Source of the DNA: Eledone cirrhosa | Taxonomy: Eukaryota | Length of the DNA stretch: 64,000 nucleotides | Assembly (NCBI GenBank): GCA_964016885.1 | Contig: OZ024740.1 | Coordinates: 17,794,001-17,858,000 of the forward strand | Direction of reading: 5' to 3' | Program-made: the position numbers and the translations under genes | The notes under the pieces: model-generated | Databases searched by the model: none | The model's input: only the letters and a program-made list of their open reading frames with translations | What the model was told of the DNA's origin: nothing | Shown here: positions 1 through 13,500 of the stretch, piece after piece | Position numbering within the stretch: the first letter of the stretch is position 1 | Layout of the letters: every line of letters starts with the position of its first letter

Positions 1-272
1 TATCCATCTAGTGTACCCCACCCCAGTATCCATCTAGTGTACTACACCCCACCCCAGTATACATCTAGTGTACTACACCCCACCCCAGTATACATCTAGT
101 GTACCCCACCCACCCCAGTATCCATCTAGTGTACCCCACCCCACCCCAGTATCCATCTAGTGTACCCCACCCCAGCCCAGTATCCATCTAGTGTACCCCA
201 CCCCACATCACCCCAGTATCCATCTAGTGTACCCCACCCCACCCACCCCAGTATCCATCTAGTGTACCACAC
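1..272. repeat. Minisatellite, ~30-bp unit (tatccatctagtgtaccccacccaccccag), runs off the window start
   Basis: About 9 visible imperfect tandem copies. Confidence 0.9.
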
Positions 273-370
273 CCCTTCCATTTACCTCACATTCCACCCC
301 CTATACACACCTAAATACCTATCTCCTACAGACCTCTCCCACCAAAGTCACCAGTACACACTGTAAAAGG

Positions 371-1850
371 GTGTTGCTGTTGTTGTTGGTGGTGTTGGTA
401 TTGTTGTTGGTGGTGGTGTTGGTGGTGTTGGTGTTGTTGTTGGTGGTGGTGTTGGTGTTGGTGGTGGTGTTGGTGTTGGTGGTGGTGTTGGTGTTGTTGT
501 TGGTGGTGGTGGTGGTGTTGGTGGTGGTGTTGTTGTTGGTGGTGGTGGTGGTGTTGGTGGTGGTGTTGGTGTTGGTGTTGGTGGTGGTGTTGGTGTTGGT
601 GGTAGTGTTGGTGTTGTTGTTGTTGGTGGTGGTGGTGTTGTTGTTGTTGGTGGTGGTGGTGTTGGTGGTGGTGTTGTTGTTGTTGTTGTTGGTGGTGGTG
701 TTGTTGTTGGTGGTGGTGGTGTTGTTGTTGTTGGTGGTGGTGGTGGTGTTGGTGTTGTTGTTGGTGGTGGTGGTGGTGGTGTTGTTGGTGGTGGTGGTGT
801 TGGTGTTGTTGTTGGTGGTGGTGTTGGTGTTGTTGGTGGTGGTGGTGGTGTTGTTGTTGGTGGTGGTGGTGTTGGTGTTGTTGTTGGTGGTGGTGGTGGT
901 GTTGTTGGTGGTGGTGGTGTTGGTATTGTTGTTGGTGGTGTTGGTATTGTTGTTGTTGGTGGTGGTGGTGGTGTTGTTGGTGGTGGTGGTGGTGTTGTTG
1001 TTGGTGGTGGTGGTGGTGTTGTTGTTGGTGGTGGTGGTGGTGTTGTTGTTGTTGGTGGTGGTGGTGGTGTTGGTATTGTTGGTGGTGGTGGTGGTGTTGG
1101 TATTGTTGTTGGTGGTGGTGGTGGTGTTGTTGGTGGTGGTGGTGGTGTTGTTGGTGGTGGTGGTGGTGGTGTTGGTGTTGTTGGTATTGTTGGTGGTGGT
1201 GTTGGTGTTGTTGTTGGTGGTGGTGTTGGTGTTGGTATTGGTGGTGGTGGTGGTGTTGGTATTGTTGGTGGTGGTGGTGTTGGTGGTGGTGGTGGTGTTG
1301 GTGGTATTGTTGGTGGTGGTGGTGGTGGTGGTGTTGGTGGTATTGTTGTTGGTGGTGGTGGTGGTGTTGTTGGTATTGTTGGTGGTGGTGGTGGTGTTGG
1401 TGTTGTTGTTGGTGGTGGTGTTGGTGTTGTTGTTGGTGGTGGTGGTGGTGGTGGTGTTGGTGGTATTGTTGGTGGTGGTGGTGGTGGTGTTGGTGTTGTT
1501 GTTGGTGGTGGTGGTGTTGGTGTTGTTGTTGGTGGTGGTGTTGGTGTTGTTGTTGGTGGTGTTGGTGTTGTTGGTGGTGGTGGTGGTGTTGGTAGTGGTG
1601 GTGTTTGTGGTGTTGGTGGTGGTGGTGGTGTTGTTGGTAGTGGTGGTGTTGGTGGTGTTGGTAGTGGTGGTGTTGGTAGTGATGGTGTTGGTGGTGGTGT
1701 TGTTGATGGTGGTGGTGGTGGTGTTGTTGATGGTGGTGGTGGTGGTGTTGTTGATGGTGGTGTTGGTGGTGGTGGTGTTGGTGGTGTTGGTGGTGGTGTT
1801 GGTATTGTTGTTGTTGGTGGTGGTGGTGTTGGTTTTGTTGTTGTTGGTGC
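371..1850. repeat. Degenerate (TGG/TGT)n trinucleotide low-complexity tract
   Basis: 1.5 kb of GGT/GTT triplets; produces the poly-H/Q, P/T and V/L pseudo-ORFs. Confidence 0.95.
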
Positions 1851-2206
1851 AAATGTTGGGAATGAAGAAGACACTATTAACTAGAGTTGAAATTCTACCC
1901 TAAACTAGAGAGAAGGAATAACAATGTCACAGAATTGCAGTATAGCTATGTAACCTTTTCATGACCACATTTATGACAAAATACTATTTTGATTAATGAA
2001 GAATTTTGAGGGATTTACTAAAATTATTAATTATTTCATTACTAAGAGTAATGTAAGGTTCTTATATAAAATTATGTTGGAAGATTTAATTTGAATTGGA
2101 AACCTTTAAAATGGATGGTTTTATTTCATAGAACCAGAGCTGGCTTTGGGTTGGTAACTAAAGGGTTTGTTTTAATTTTCTCAATATTTTTAGAAGTTGT
2201 AGCATA

Positions 2207-2530
2207 TGGCCAGCTGGAGCAACTGCAGTTGGCCAGCTGGAGTAACAGGTTGGACTGCAGTTGGTCAGCTGGAGCAACAGGCTGGACTGCAGATGGTCAG
2301 CTGGAGCAACAGGCTGGACTACAGTTGGTCAGTTGGAGCAACAAGCTTGAGTGTAGTTGATCAGCTGGAGCAACACGCTTGAGTATAGTTGACCAGCTGG
2401 AGCAAGAGGCTTGAGTATAGTTGACCAACTGGAGCAACAAGCTTGAGTATAGTTGACCAGCTGGAGCAAGAGGCTTGAGTATAGTTGACCAGCTGGAGCA
2501 AGAGGTTTGACTGCAACTGGCCAGCTGTAG
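2207..2530. repeat. Degenerate ~31-bp minisatellite with core cagctggagcaa
   Basis: About 10 recurrences of cagctggagcaa...gtt(g). Confidence 0.8.
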
Positions 2531-2660
2531 CATCAAGCTGTCTATGGTCCATTGTCTTACAGTAGATGCGTGTCAAAGAAAAGGTTTCCATTTAGTTGAA
2601 GACATGGCAATTGTAATCTTGTTTATAGAACTGGACATTTAAAACATTCTTTACATAGAA

Positions 2661-3004
2661 TGTGTGTGTGTGTAGACAACTACTAGTGTGTGTGTGTGTG
2701 TGTAGACAACTACTAGTGTGTGTGTGTGTGTGTGTAGACAACTACTAGTGTGTGTGTGTGTAGACAACTACTAGTGTGTGTGTGTATGTAGACAACGACT
2801 AGTGTGTGTGTGTGTAGACAACTACTAGTGTGTGTGTGTGTGTGTAGACAACTACTAGTGTGTGTGTGTGTGTGTGTGTAGACTACTACTAGTGTGTGTG
2901 TGTGTGTGTGTAGACAACTACTAGTGTGTGTGTGTAGACAACTACTAGTGTGTGTGTGTGTTCAGACAACTACTAGTGTGTGTGTGTGTGTGTGTGTGTA
3001 GACA
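2661..3004. repeat. Compound repeat (GT)n-agacaactacta
   Basis: About 11 copies of agacaactacta separated by variable-length GT tracts. Confidence 0.9.
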
Positions 3005-3061
3005 GGTAGAAATGTATCTATGTGGTTCCTATATATATATATATATATACTATAAAGAGTC

Positions 3062-3153
3062 AGGAACCCAACAGCTGAGCTCTTGCCAGTTCAACAGCTA
3101 GTTCCAGACTAGAGCTAGCTGTTGAAATGGCAAGAGCTCAGCTGTTGGGTCCC
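3062..3153. repeat. Fold-back inverted repeat carrying a hammerhead 3' half (Penelope-like terminal remnant)
   Basis: acccaacagctgagctcttgcca...tggcaagagctcagctgttgggt arms; related to the hairpin at 25625-25717. Confidence 0.7.
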
Positions 3154-3267
3154 CACTCTACTATAACCATACTACCCCAGATATCACGTACTATATTGAA
3201 TAACGGTCTAACCAGTTTCAAACTAAATCCATCCTAACTTTTATATATATATAGTAATAATAATAAT

Positions 3268-3440
3268 AATTGTTTCTACTTTTGGCACAAGGCCAAAAAT
3301 TAACCCAGTAAATTACTGGTACTTTATTTTATCGACTCCGTAAGGATGAAAGGCAAAGTTAACCTCAGCGGAATTTGAACTCAGAATGGCAAGGGCCATA
3401 ACTATGCGTCAAAGCATGGTGTCCGACCCTCTACCAATGA
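3268..3440 (-). mobile_element. tRNA-derived SINE copy (5' partial)
   Basis: Reverse complement of the 23395-23585 family: B-box gagttcaaattcc and tail ggccttgtgccaaaagtagaaacaattatt. Confidence 0.85.
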
Positions 3441-3791
3441 AGACTAAAATCCAAAGAGGGCTCAATAATGATAAATATGAGTTTCAGAAGATCCCGTTAA
3501 GGGTGAAAGCAGCAATTCTTTGCTTAAACTTTAATCTGTTATTTAAAAAAAAAAAATATATATATATATATATATATGGTGGCAAATTGAGTCATTAGAA
3601 CATTGGTTTGCAGTATTTGATTCAGCTTTATCTCTCTCTGCTCTTTGAGGTCAAATCATCCTGTGAACAAGCAGGTGAAACTCCAGAGTAACAAGACTCA
3701 CTATTTAGCTTTAATAAAATGAAGATTTAAACTCTACTTCGGTATTGAGTACTCTTTTATCTCATTCGTCAACTACATACGGATATATATA

Positions 3792-5404
3792 TGGAGAGAA
3801 GCTAAGCGACAAGTGTACTTTGCAAAAAGGGAATCAGAGGATAGAAAGTTCAACGCGAGGACCAAAAACATGGTGTTTAGGATTGCAAGATAATACGTCC
3901 AGGAAAACTGTGATATTGTCGGGGAGAAATGTGTCCGTAATGATGATGGTGTACTTGCCCTCACTGATACTGATAAGAAGGTAGCTTGGAAGTGTCACTA
4001 CGAGAGACTACTAAATGAGGAGAATGAATGGGATAAAGATAGTCTGCCCCAAATCAATCCAATAGAAGGACCGGCTATGCAAGTTAGAGGTAGTGTAGTA
4101 AGGCAATCAAAAATATGAAGACAGGCAAGGCAGCTGGGCCTTCGGAGATAGTTGCTGAGATGTTGAAAGCATCTGGAATGGTGGGAGACACTATGGTCAC
4201 CCAGATAGTAAACCAAGTAATACAGAATGGGGTCTTACCAAATGACTGGCCTAGCAGCAGCATCATTAATTGCTACAAGGCAAAGGAGACACTCTAGATA
4301 GAGAAAACTATAGAGGCATTAAGTTAGTTGACCAGGTCATGAAGGTCACAGAAAGAGTTATTGCACAACTGATTGGAGACCAAATTAATCTAGATGAAAT
4401 GCAGTTTGTGCCAGGTAAAAGTATCATGGATGCTCTCTTCCTTGTATGGCAACCACAGAAGTACCTAGCTAAAAGTAAACCCCCTCTACTTAGCTTTTGT
4501 TGACTTGGAGAAAGCCTTTAACAGACTCCCCTGCTCCATTATCTGGTGGGCTCTTAGAAAACTAGGTGTAGATGAATGGCTTGTGAGACTAATACAAGCC
4601 ATGTATAGAGGAACAGTCAACAAGGTTAGAATTAACAATGAATAGAGTGAAGAGTTTAGCATAAAAGTAGGTGTTCATCAAGGCTCTGTCCTTAGCCCCC
4701 TCCTATTTATTATTGTCCTACAGGCTATAACAGAAGAGTTTAAGACCGGCTGCCCATGGGAACTTCTATATGCAGATGATCTAACTCTCATAGCTGAATC
4801 TATGGATGAACTAGAGAAGAAATTCCAAACATGCAAGCATGGCCTAGAATCAAAAGGCATTAAAGTTAACTTATCTAAGACTCTAGTATGTAGAAAGGAA
4901 AATAGGGCAGGGCGATCAAAATTGATGGAATCTATGGAGTAGGTAGACCCAGAAAAACCTGGGACAACATGATAAACACTGACCTTGCACACTTACACCT
5001 CTTTAAGACAATGTCACTGGATCGAGACCTTTGGCGCTATGCAATAATACAGAAGACCCGCCTTCCATTCCATTACGTACAAAGTTAAACCTACCATCAG
5101 TAGGCCCCTCCTAACCAAATATACACCCCAACCCACTACCCCTACTCCCACCAACACCACCATTTCTCTGTAAAGTTATATTGGTACCACAGAACATCCA
5201 GTCCACACTGTAAAGTAGTCATGTAGGTAACATGGTAAAAAGCTCTCAGCCCACACTAAATGTGGTTGGGGTTAGGAAGGGCATCCAGCCATAGAGTTCT
5301 ATACGAGCGGATCACGGTCACCTGACCAATCTTGCCTCAAGTGGGATAATTCCCGTCTAACCCATGCTAGCGTGGAAGATAGACGTTAAACAATGATGAT
5401 GATG
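3792..5404 (+). mobile_element. Degenerate, 5'-truncated, internally deleted RTE-type LINE
   Basis: Frameshifted pieces MKTGKAAGPSEIVAEMLK, GKGDTLDRENYRGIKL and ELLYADDL matching ORF 29605-32883; 3' UTR and (GAT)n tail at ~5393-5404. Confidence 0.9.
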
Positions 5405-5514
5405 CTTGAATACACATAAAAGGGAAACTAAATAACTATATTGTATAGATAGTATTGGATTGGTTGATATACAACCATTAGGAGATGGTGAGAGTGAGGG
5501 TAAAATAGGCGGAT

Positions 5515-5606
5515 GCGTGACTATACATACATGTGTGTATGTGTGTGATTATACATACGTGTGTGTGTGACTATACATACATGTATGTATGTGTGTGATT
5601 ATGCAT

Positions 5607-5640
<34 letters not shown>

Positions 5641-5905
5641 CTATACATACATGTATGTATGTATGTATGTGTATGACTATACATACATGTGTGTATGTGT
5701 GTGATTATACATACGTGTGTGTGTGTGACTATACATACATGTATGTATGTATGTATGTGTATGACTATACATACATGTGTGTATGTGTGTGATTATACAT
5801 ACGTGTGTGTATGTATGTATGTGTATGACTATACATACGTGTGTGTATGTGTGTGATTATACATACGTGTGTGTGCATATGCGTGACTATACATACATGT
5901 ATGTG
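5515..5905. repeat. Compound GT/AT minisatellite (gtgactatacatacatgt...)
   Basis: Repeated gactatacatac/gattatacatac motifs within TG tracts. Confidence 0.8.
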
Positions 5906-6315
5906 CGTGTTTCACTTCATTGACAAATACATTCCTCAACACACACACATACATATATACACACATGCACATATATATATACACGCACACAGACATATAT
6001 ATTATATATACACAAATTTGTTTTTAAGAGTCTGGTTTTCTCCATATATTTCTGTATATACACATATATGTTCTTACTGGGGTCACCCTAGGTCAGTGAT
6101 CCCAGAGGTATCATCGTGTGTAGACCCGACACGTCTTGTTTGTACCTTTTATTTGATCCCATATAAGGTGAAAACAGAAATTATTTGCTTAAACAGCAAT
6201 CTGTACTAATAATAGATATTTGCTCTACGGGTTTATATATACTTTTATATATATACACAATCTTTATCGAGCCGTCTTCGGATTTTGATCTTAGTAGTAA
6301 TTATGACTATTATAT

Positions 6316-6413
6316 ATATAATGTCCCCAAAACAGTATATACACTTCAACAGCATTCTAATATTGCCTGTACAAGTAATCAAAGTGTGTATATATTTTTT
6401 GGGGGGACACCCT

Positions 6414-6416
<3 letters not shown>
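6316..6416. mobile_element. Short Tc1/mariner-type MITE
   Basis: Right end ggacaccctgTA (TIR CAGGGTGTCC); degenerate left end atgtccccaaaacagtatatacac pairs with gtgtatatatttttt-ggggac. Confidence 0.55.
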
Positions 6417-6488
<72 letters not shown>

Positions 6489-6752
6489 ATACTTATTTGG
6501 TTGTATTTTCTCACTCCCGTGAAACTTTAATGTAATCTTAGTCAAACTGTATACAGACACACACGCACACCTTGTACACGTGCAGGTACATACCGAAACG
6601 GATACACACACACCTTAGTGTACATCTATGCATAATAGACATACAGAGAAAGTATTAAGAGATGTTTAGACACGAGAGAATGGTACATCTTTAGGGGTTC
6701 AAAATATGGAGAGAGAAGAGAGACAGATAAACAGATTTTATTTAATTGAATC

Positions 6753-6974
6753 TATATATAAAAATGAGAAAACTGATCGCTAGAACAGCCGTTAAAACTG
6801 CTAAATGCTGTCAAAGACAGCGATGGGCAAAACTGTCTCAGAGGACAGAGATCAACGGCCAGTGGTCAACAGAGAGAGACAATCCAAAATGTGGGTGACA
6901 GGCAGATGAAGTATAGAAAGATTGAACTGTTTTAACGGCTGTTCTCGCGATGAGTTTTCTCATTTTTATATGTA
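6753..6974. repeat. Inverted repeat with ~45-bp arms
   Basis: ataaaaatgagaaaactgatcgctagaacagccgttaaaac / gttttaacggctgttctcgcgatgagttttctcatttttat. Confidence 0.8.
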
Positions 6975-7119
6975 CAATCAAATACACCCTCACTTCGTCT
7001 CGATCAGAGATAACATTGTTTTATAGATTTATTTAGTTATTCAGTGCAAAATATAATCCGTGATAAAGGCCCAAAGGATTATGCAGCAAAAGAAAGTGAA
7101 AAAGAAACGGTCACATTAC

Positions 7120-7360
7120 CTCGAATGGGAGAGGTTTGTCCATGTTATTGTCGTTGCCTGCACCAGCCGCCGTAGGTGTACTCTTAACTTGTTCCTTGGG
7201 TAACAAACTCACCCTGTGGGTCTCCACTAAACCAACTGGTTGGTTAGCTTTATAATCGATGGGTTTGTTATCAGTTTCAGATATTGCTACAAGCACATAA
7301 GCGGACGGGTTCAACCGTTTGCTAGCAGCTAACTGTATAAGTAGATCCATCATTGCCATA
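7120..7360 (-). CDS. Internal exon of a Cordon-bleu-like (COBL/COBLL1) gene, N-terminal Cobl ubiquitin-like domain
   Basis: MAMMDLLIQLAASKRLNPSAYVLVAISETDNKPIDYKANQPVGLVETHRVSLLPK resembles Cobl-domain MMDLL..L....LNPS.Y......F/YK.N.P.G.......L.PK; acceptor ttccag at 7361 and donor GAG|gtaatg at 7119; 241 bp, phase 2 to phase 0. Confidence 0.8.
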
Positions 7361-8899
7361 CTGGAATTATACACAAAAAAGGGGACCGGGGGCGAAAGAA
7401 AAACAAAAGATTAGTAAAAGAAAAATAGAAAAAGACAGTACATACCTCCGATGGAGATTTCAAAGAGAAAGATTTCCAAATTGGCATTTTGTAAATAAAG
7501 CATATATAAATAGTCTGTTTTCTTATGGAGGTGTAGTTATAAGTTGGATACCTTCGAGGTATGATATATATATATATATATAATTTGTGTGTGTGTGCAT
7601 GTGTGTGTTAGGTAATATACATCCAGGAAAGTATTAACAGTTTTTGTTTAATGTGTATGTAATATATATATATATATATTTTATTAAACTTAATTTTTTT
7701 TTTTCGGAATTTTCCTTTCACTTTTGTACTCTGCCTTATCGATATTTAAAAAAAAATTTATTTCAATAATTTAATTTGTTTTCCTTTTTCTTAAATATAA
7801 ATATTAACCGTAGAAATAAATATAAATATCCAATTATTAATTCAATGTAGGTGTATGGTAGAAGCAAGTTGGTTTCGTCTGAGGTGGAGGTGTGTTAAAA
7901 TATTTGTAAGTTTTTGTTCTTCGAAAGCGCAATAAAATATAAACAACACATTGTGTGTAGTTTATGACCATAATACATTAAAACAAACTACCATCGCTTT
8001 GTTTTGACACATGCTTGGCGCCCAATAGGAGCAAAACAATACTCACACACATATAATATATAGTGTGCTTTAAATATATGAAGAGAGAGAAAGAGACGTG
8101 TGAAGAATTAATAATAGAAGTGTTGGTAGTTTGTATGGTTAAACAACGTCGTTTATAAGTTTATATAAGTCACCCCTCCTATGTTACATTAGGGTCAATA
8201 CCCGGCCCATACCAGCTTCGTTAACCGGATGGCATTAGCTGTATAGTCATCTCCAGGCTGGTAGACGTATGGGATACCTGTATATACAATACCCAGGTAT
8301 TTCGTTCTGATTGGTTTTTGTAGGGGGAGGGAGATAGAAGAGAGAGATAAACTTTACAGGTAGGTGAGCAGAATATGTGAGAGAGAGAGGGGACGGGAGA
8401 GGCCTTACAGGCGAGGTGGAGGTAAGAGAGAGAGAGAGGCCTTATACGTAAGGTGGAGGTGAGAGAGAAAGAGAGACCTTACAGACAACTTTACTGTAGA
8501 TGGGGGTGGTGAGGCTAGCAGAATGGTGACACGTGGAGAGAGAGAAAGAGTTTGTGTGTACAAAAGAAGGGGAGGAGAAAAACAACAAAAGCATTGAAAA
8601 ACAGAAGAGAAGGAGGCGACGGGGGGAATAGGAAGAGAAGTGGAAAGAGAAAGAGCCAGATAACTAGAATCTGACAGACTAAAAGATATATTTCTTTATT
8701 TACCATAAAGGCATAAAAAGAAGGGACAAATACAAAGGGGGAGTTTACATACAATCGAGTAAAAAGGGTATAAAGTGAAAATAATCGAAAACAACCTCAA
8801 AAGGGAGGGGACGTGATAGGGGTTGCACACACCCCCGAAAAAGTGTGCAATCCTTTGCCCGGGGAGCACATGGAGAAGGTGCTCCCCTCTCCTTCACTT

Positions 8900-11800
8900 C
8901 TTTACCTACAGGATGGTATACAGAGAAGGCCCATTTACACGAGCCATTCTCGCCACTATCACCCACCTTTCATAAAACTGCCTGTGGCCAAGCACCTCTC
9001 TCTCCATTCTTATCCTTCTTCCGAAGTGATATCAGACTATGGTCAGAGAGGAAGTTGCCTGACCTCAGACCTTTCAATCGTGTCCACCAAACAACCTCTT
9101 TCAACATGGCTATTACGCACAGAAAAACCGCCTTTGCTTCCTTTGTGAAGAGGAGAGGCGGTTTGATTGTCATCACGGACTCGGCGGTCAATCGAATCGG
9201 CGCCAACCGCGACAGCAGTCGTTCGGCGTAGCCCCACAGATCAGCCACGCCCGGACATTGCACCAATGCGTGCGCAACGGTTTCTTCGTGACGCACGCAT
9301 CTAGGGAAAATCTTTTTCGAAGGATCCCTGCCCGGGCGCCCGTGTCTGTAGAGCCTCTCTCGAACGGGTAGAGCCCCCCGGTAGCATTGCCAGGCTAGTG
9401 ACTTCTGGAAGTTGTCCATTGGTCCCGGGCCGAAAGTCCTACCGAACAGGCTGGCCAGTTCGTCCTCTTCCATGTCCAGCGACTCTCCAAGGGCGTTATC
9501 GCCCCTGCTAGCCACCAGCCCTCTATAGAATGATGAGGTGGATTCTCCACCGATGGCCTGGCCCGCTTGCTAGAGAGCCCTGAGCGCCTGAGCACACTCA
9601 GTGTGCCAGTCTCCCAGTTTTCCGGATCTTTGCTTGACCCAGGACTGCAGCTCGGTGAGCGAGACGAGTCTCGGAAAGGCTCGTTTCACGAACGGAGCCC
9701 ACACCGGTTGACCAGTGAGGAATACCTGTAGGTGCCGTAGCCTTAATGCGTGCCTACGCATCATCAACCACCGCATCCCCAGCCCTCCTTTCGAAGGTTG
9801 TTGGCAGCAGATGGATCTTCTCACCATAGGAGGGCGCTTCTTCCAAAGAAATTGGAAGAGCATGCGTTCCATGGTGGTGAGTGTTTCCTTAGGGCAAGGC
9901 ACGACAGTCAGGCGGTAGTAAGTGACGGACGCTATGTAAATGTTCGCCACCTCCGCCCGGCCTTTTAGGGACAGCTTACACTTGGCCCATTTCTGGGTTA
10001 GTGCAAACACCTTGTTCGTAACCTTGTCCCAGTTCTTTTCCACCTGGAGGTCCGGTCCAAACCAGACCCCAAGCAACTTTACCGGGCCCTCCGTCCAGTG
10101 TCCGACGACACCGTCGGGAGGCATCGGTCTGCCTCTCCACGTTCCGAGTTGCAACCCGATGGATTTTTCCCGGTTCAGTTTCGCTCCTGACAACCTTTCG
10201 TAATCCTCCAGTAAGGTACCGATCGCCTCGATCTCCGAGTCGGTCGATACCATTACTGTTACGTCATCGGCGTAGGCCGACACCGCTTTGCTCAATCCTG
10301 GTTCCAGGGGGATACCCTGCAACAACTCTAACTTCCTCAGTAAAGGCTCGAGAGTCAATACGTACAGAAGGGAGGAGAGAGGGCACCCCTGTCGAATGGA
10401 TCGTGTGATTTCGAACGGCTTCGAAAGGTAGCCGTTCACCTTGATCCTAGAACAGATGTGGTTGCTATGTAAGGCAGTGATCCAGTCTCTGAAAACAGGA
10501 CCGAACCCAGCCGCCGCTAGCACCGCATCCAGGTAACCATGGTCGACCCAATCGAAGGCCTTAGACTGATCCAAGTTGATCAGGGCCCCACCGAAGCCGG
10601 GTTTGTTGCCAACCCTCTCTATGATGTATCGCATGAGGTGGAGGTTATCGTGAATGGACCTGGATGGGATAGCACATGTCTGCGCATCTCCCACCAGGCT
10701 ACCCACGACAAGCGCCAACCTCTTTGCTAACACCTTGGCCAAAATCTTTAACTCTGTGTTTAGCAGGGTTATGGGCCGAAAATTATTTATACTATCCCCC
10801 TTGTTCTCGTCCTTCCTCACCAGCGAGACTACGCCCTTGGCTACAGAACAAGGAATTCTCCCGTTCTGCTGCCAATTGCAGTAGACCGCTTCGAGGAGTT
10901 CGGAGAAGAAGACCGGCATTGCTAAATAAAGTTCGTAAGGTATACCATCGAGACCTGGAGATTTGCGTCTGCTGCATTGGCTCAGCGCATCTCCGATCTC
11001 ATCAGCCGAGATTGGTCCCTCGCAGGACTCTGCCTCTTCGCTCGAGAGACGCGGCAGGCCGTCGAGGTATGGACCGAAATCCACGTCCCCGCCCGGACCC
11101 TCGCCTCCCCCGAATAATCGGGCAAAGTGCCTTTGAAAGGCCTCGCACATCTGCTTAGGCTCCCGGATCACCCGTCCATCCTCGTCTTGCAACGACCGGA
11201 TGGTGGATCGATTTCCACTCTTAGCTTCTGTCACGCGGGCCCAGCCAACGGCTTTGGCCCCCCTCATTACCTAGAGCACGTATTTTACTTCGAATAACGC
11301 AGCCTTCGTGCTTTGCATCGAAAAACTGGTTCAAGGCCGTCCTCGATGCCAGCACTCTGGCCACATCTTCGCTCTTGATTGCCTCTTCTAATTTACCTGT
11401 TAATTCTTTCTCGTTTCTATTCCTATCGGCAGCTAACATCTTGCTATAACTTATTGATTCTGTTCTAATCTCTCTTTTGAGAGATGCCCATTATCGGTTG
11501 TTGACGATTGCACCCGTCAACCTCTCCTTAACTAATCTGCTAATCCGGTTTCTGTAAGTCTCTTTTGCCGGTAAAGACAAATTAAGTTTCCAGTAACCGG
11601 GACCCTGTTTTATGTGTTTTCTCGAGATTGACTACGCAGGTCACTAATTTGTGATCCGTATAGCCAACCGTGCGCATTTCTGGACAGCTTAATATGTCCC
11701 TATCCTTACTTCTAACTAAGAATCTATCTAAGTAGGATCTAGATTGACCACTGTGGTTTCTCCAAGTCCAGGTAGGCACAGTTGGAAAATCTAGTCGATA

Positions 11801-12331
11801 TCTATCGACCAAGTTAAAACGGTCGAGTAACCCCTTGAGGCTGTTACACCCCCCTCTATTAGGACATGCTCCTGCATAGTCCCAACGTGCATCGAGGATG
11901 TCATTCCAATCCCCCGCTAGAAGCAGGGAACGCGACGTTCCCAGAAAAGTCTCCAAACGCTGGAAGAAGTCGGGCCGTTCAGCTCCGAAAGGGGAGTAGA
12001 CGGCGACCAGTCTCAAGGCCGCACCTTCACTACTGCCAACGTCTAGCACCAACAAACGACCCTCCGGGTCCGAGTGAACAACCTGTACGGCAAGACCCAG
12101 GTGTTTTTGCAGCAGTACGACAACCCCACCCCCACCTCCAGGTTGACAGAGAGATGCATGCACCTCAAAGTCATCGAAGGTAGGGGCCAGCTGCCGTACG
12201 ACGCTGATCCGAGTCTCACAGATAACCATTACATTTATACCACATGACCTGAGGTCATTTAGAAGCTTTGCTTGCTTCCAAGTTGAGCCCAGGCCACGTG
12301 CATTCAAACATCCTACTCTTAACACATCCAT
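8900..12331 (-). pseudogene. Tx1-like ORF2 (APE endonuclease, reverse transcriptase, C-terminal zinc finger) broken by frameshifts and a stop
   Basis: CLNARGL, ICET, GDWN, YLDR, TDHK (APE); KSPGLDG, FRPITLLN, LDQSKAFD, QGCPLS, YADD (RT); PRC...ETVAHALVQC; breaks near 11590, 11490, 11270, 9570 and 8990. Confidence 0.9.
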
Positions 12332-12364
12332 GTGGGCGGAAGAGCCAAAGGAGAGTGTAGAGAC

Positions 12365-13500
12365 CTACCTTTCTGCTTCCCGGGGTTCGGGTCGCACGAC
12401 TTCCATGGGGTCGGGGGTGTTGGGTGAAGGGGTGTCTTGTGATGGTGTGGAGTCGTCAGTGTGTGGTGGGGTTGGGGTGTTTGGAGTTGTGTTGGGAAGG
12501 GGAGGGGGAAATCTTTTTAGTAGGACGCGGTTTATGGGTTTGACAGAGGGTGGTCCTACGTCCTCCTTAAAATCCTTTTTTAGTTTTTGGTAGAGGTTCA
12601 TTGGGATCTTTATTAATTTTAAATGTGGGTAGTTTTCTGAAGAAACAAAGTTTACACCTTCGGTTTGTACCGAAGGATTATTGTATATGAGCTCATTTAA
12701 TTTATTATTGTTTCTGTTGATGTAAGTATAGTGTAATGTCTTTTTTTCGGATGGTGTGAGTGTTTCGAAGAGGGGAGGGGCAGGTTTTGTTTTGTTTGTT
12801 GCTGGAGGGGTGTTTTGTGTTTTGTTGGATTGTGTTGACATTTGGGTGGGGGTTGTTTGGCCTTGTGTGTTTTGCACATGTTTTCTTTTTTTCCTTTTAA
12901 TCTGTCTGAAGGACTCCGTTTCTTCCTCCGAATTTGTTGGGTTATCTTCAGTGTTGGAGGGAAGAGGTATGTTTGCTGGTAATGTTTCCGTGTTGGTTTT
13001 CTTTGTGGGGGAGATGGATGTCACTATGTTAGACTGTGTTGTGTGTTGTGGCTGCGGTGGTTGTGTTGTTTTATTGAGTGAGGGGTTGGGTGGGCCTGTA
13101 TTTTGTTTTGGGGTAATGTGTTGTGACTGTTTGTGTTGTGGTGGTGGTGTAGTTTTACTGAGGGACGGGTTGGGTGGGACTGAGTTTTGTTGTTTGTTTA
13201 TCTGTTGTGGTGGTGGTGGTGGAGCTGGTGTTGGTAGCAGGGTTTTCTTTTTGTTGAGTTGGAAACAAGCGGCTTTCAGGTGCCCTCTTCCTGCACAGAT
13301 ATGACAGGACGGCCTTCTCCCCTCCACGCTAATGTTTATATACCCGTGGCCCTCTAATAGGATTCTGTCGGGTATTTGGGCGATGCGTTCAGGCTTCATT
13401 TGCACTACAAGCTCTATACCTGTTCCACTGAACGCATTGCCTGTGGTTTTCCCAATGGAAATCACGTTGTCATTCACTGGATCGATGAAGCCAGCTATGA
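12365..13500 (-). CDS. Tx1-like ORF1 (gag-like, zinc knuckle), N-terminally truncated
   Basis: CHICAGRGHLKAAC (CX2CX4HX4C) followed by a P/T/Q-rich tail; ends 33 bp before the ORF2 ATG. Confidence 0.8.

Noticed and set aside
326-1903. 500-aa His/Gln-, Pro/Thr- and Val/Leu-rich ORFs
   Set aside because: Open in several frames only because the trinucleotide tract lacks stop codons; no unique domain or convincing splice context
2661-3004. CRISPR-like repeat/spacer pattern
   Set aside because: The spacers are only (GT)n of varying length
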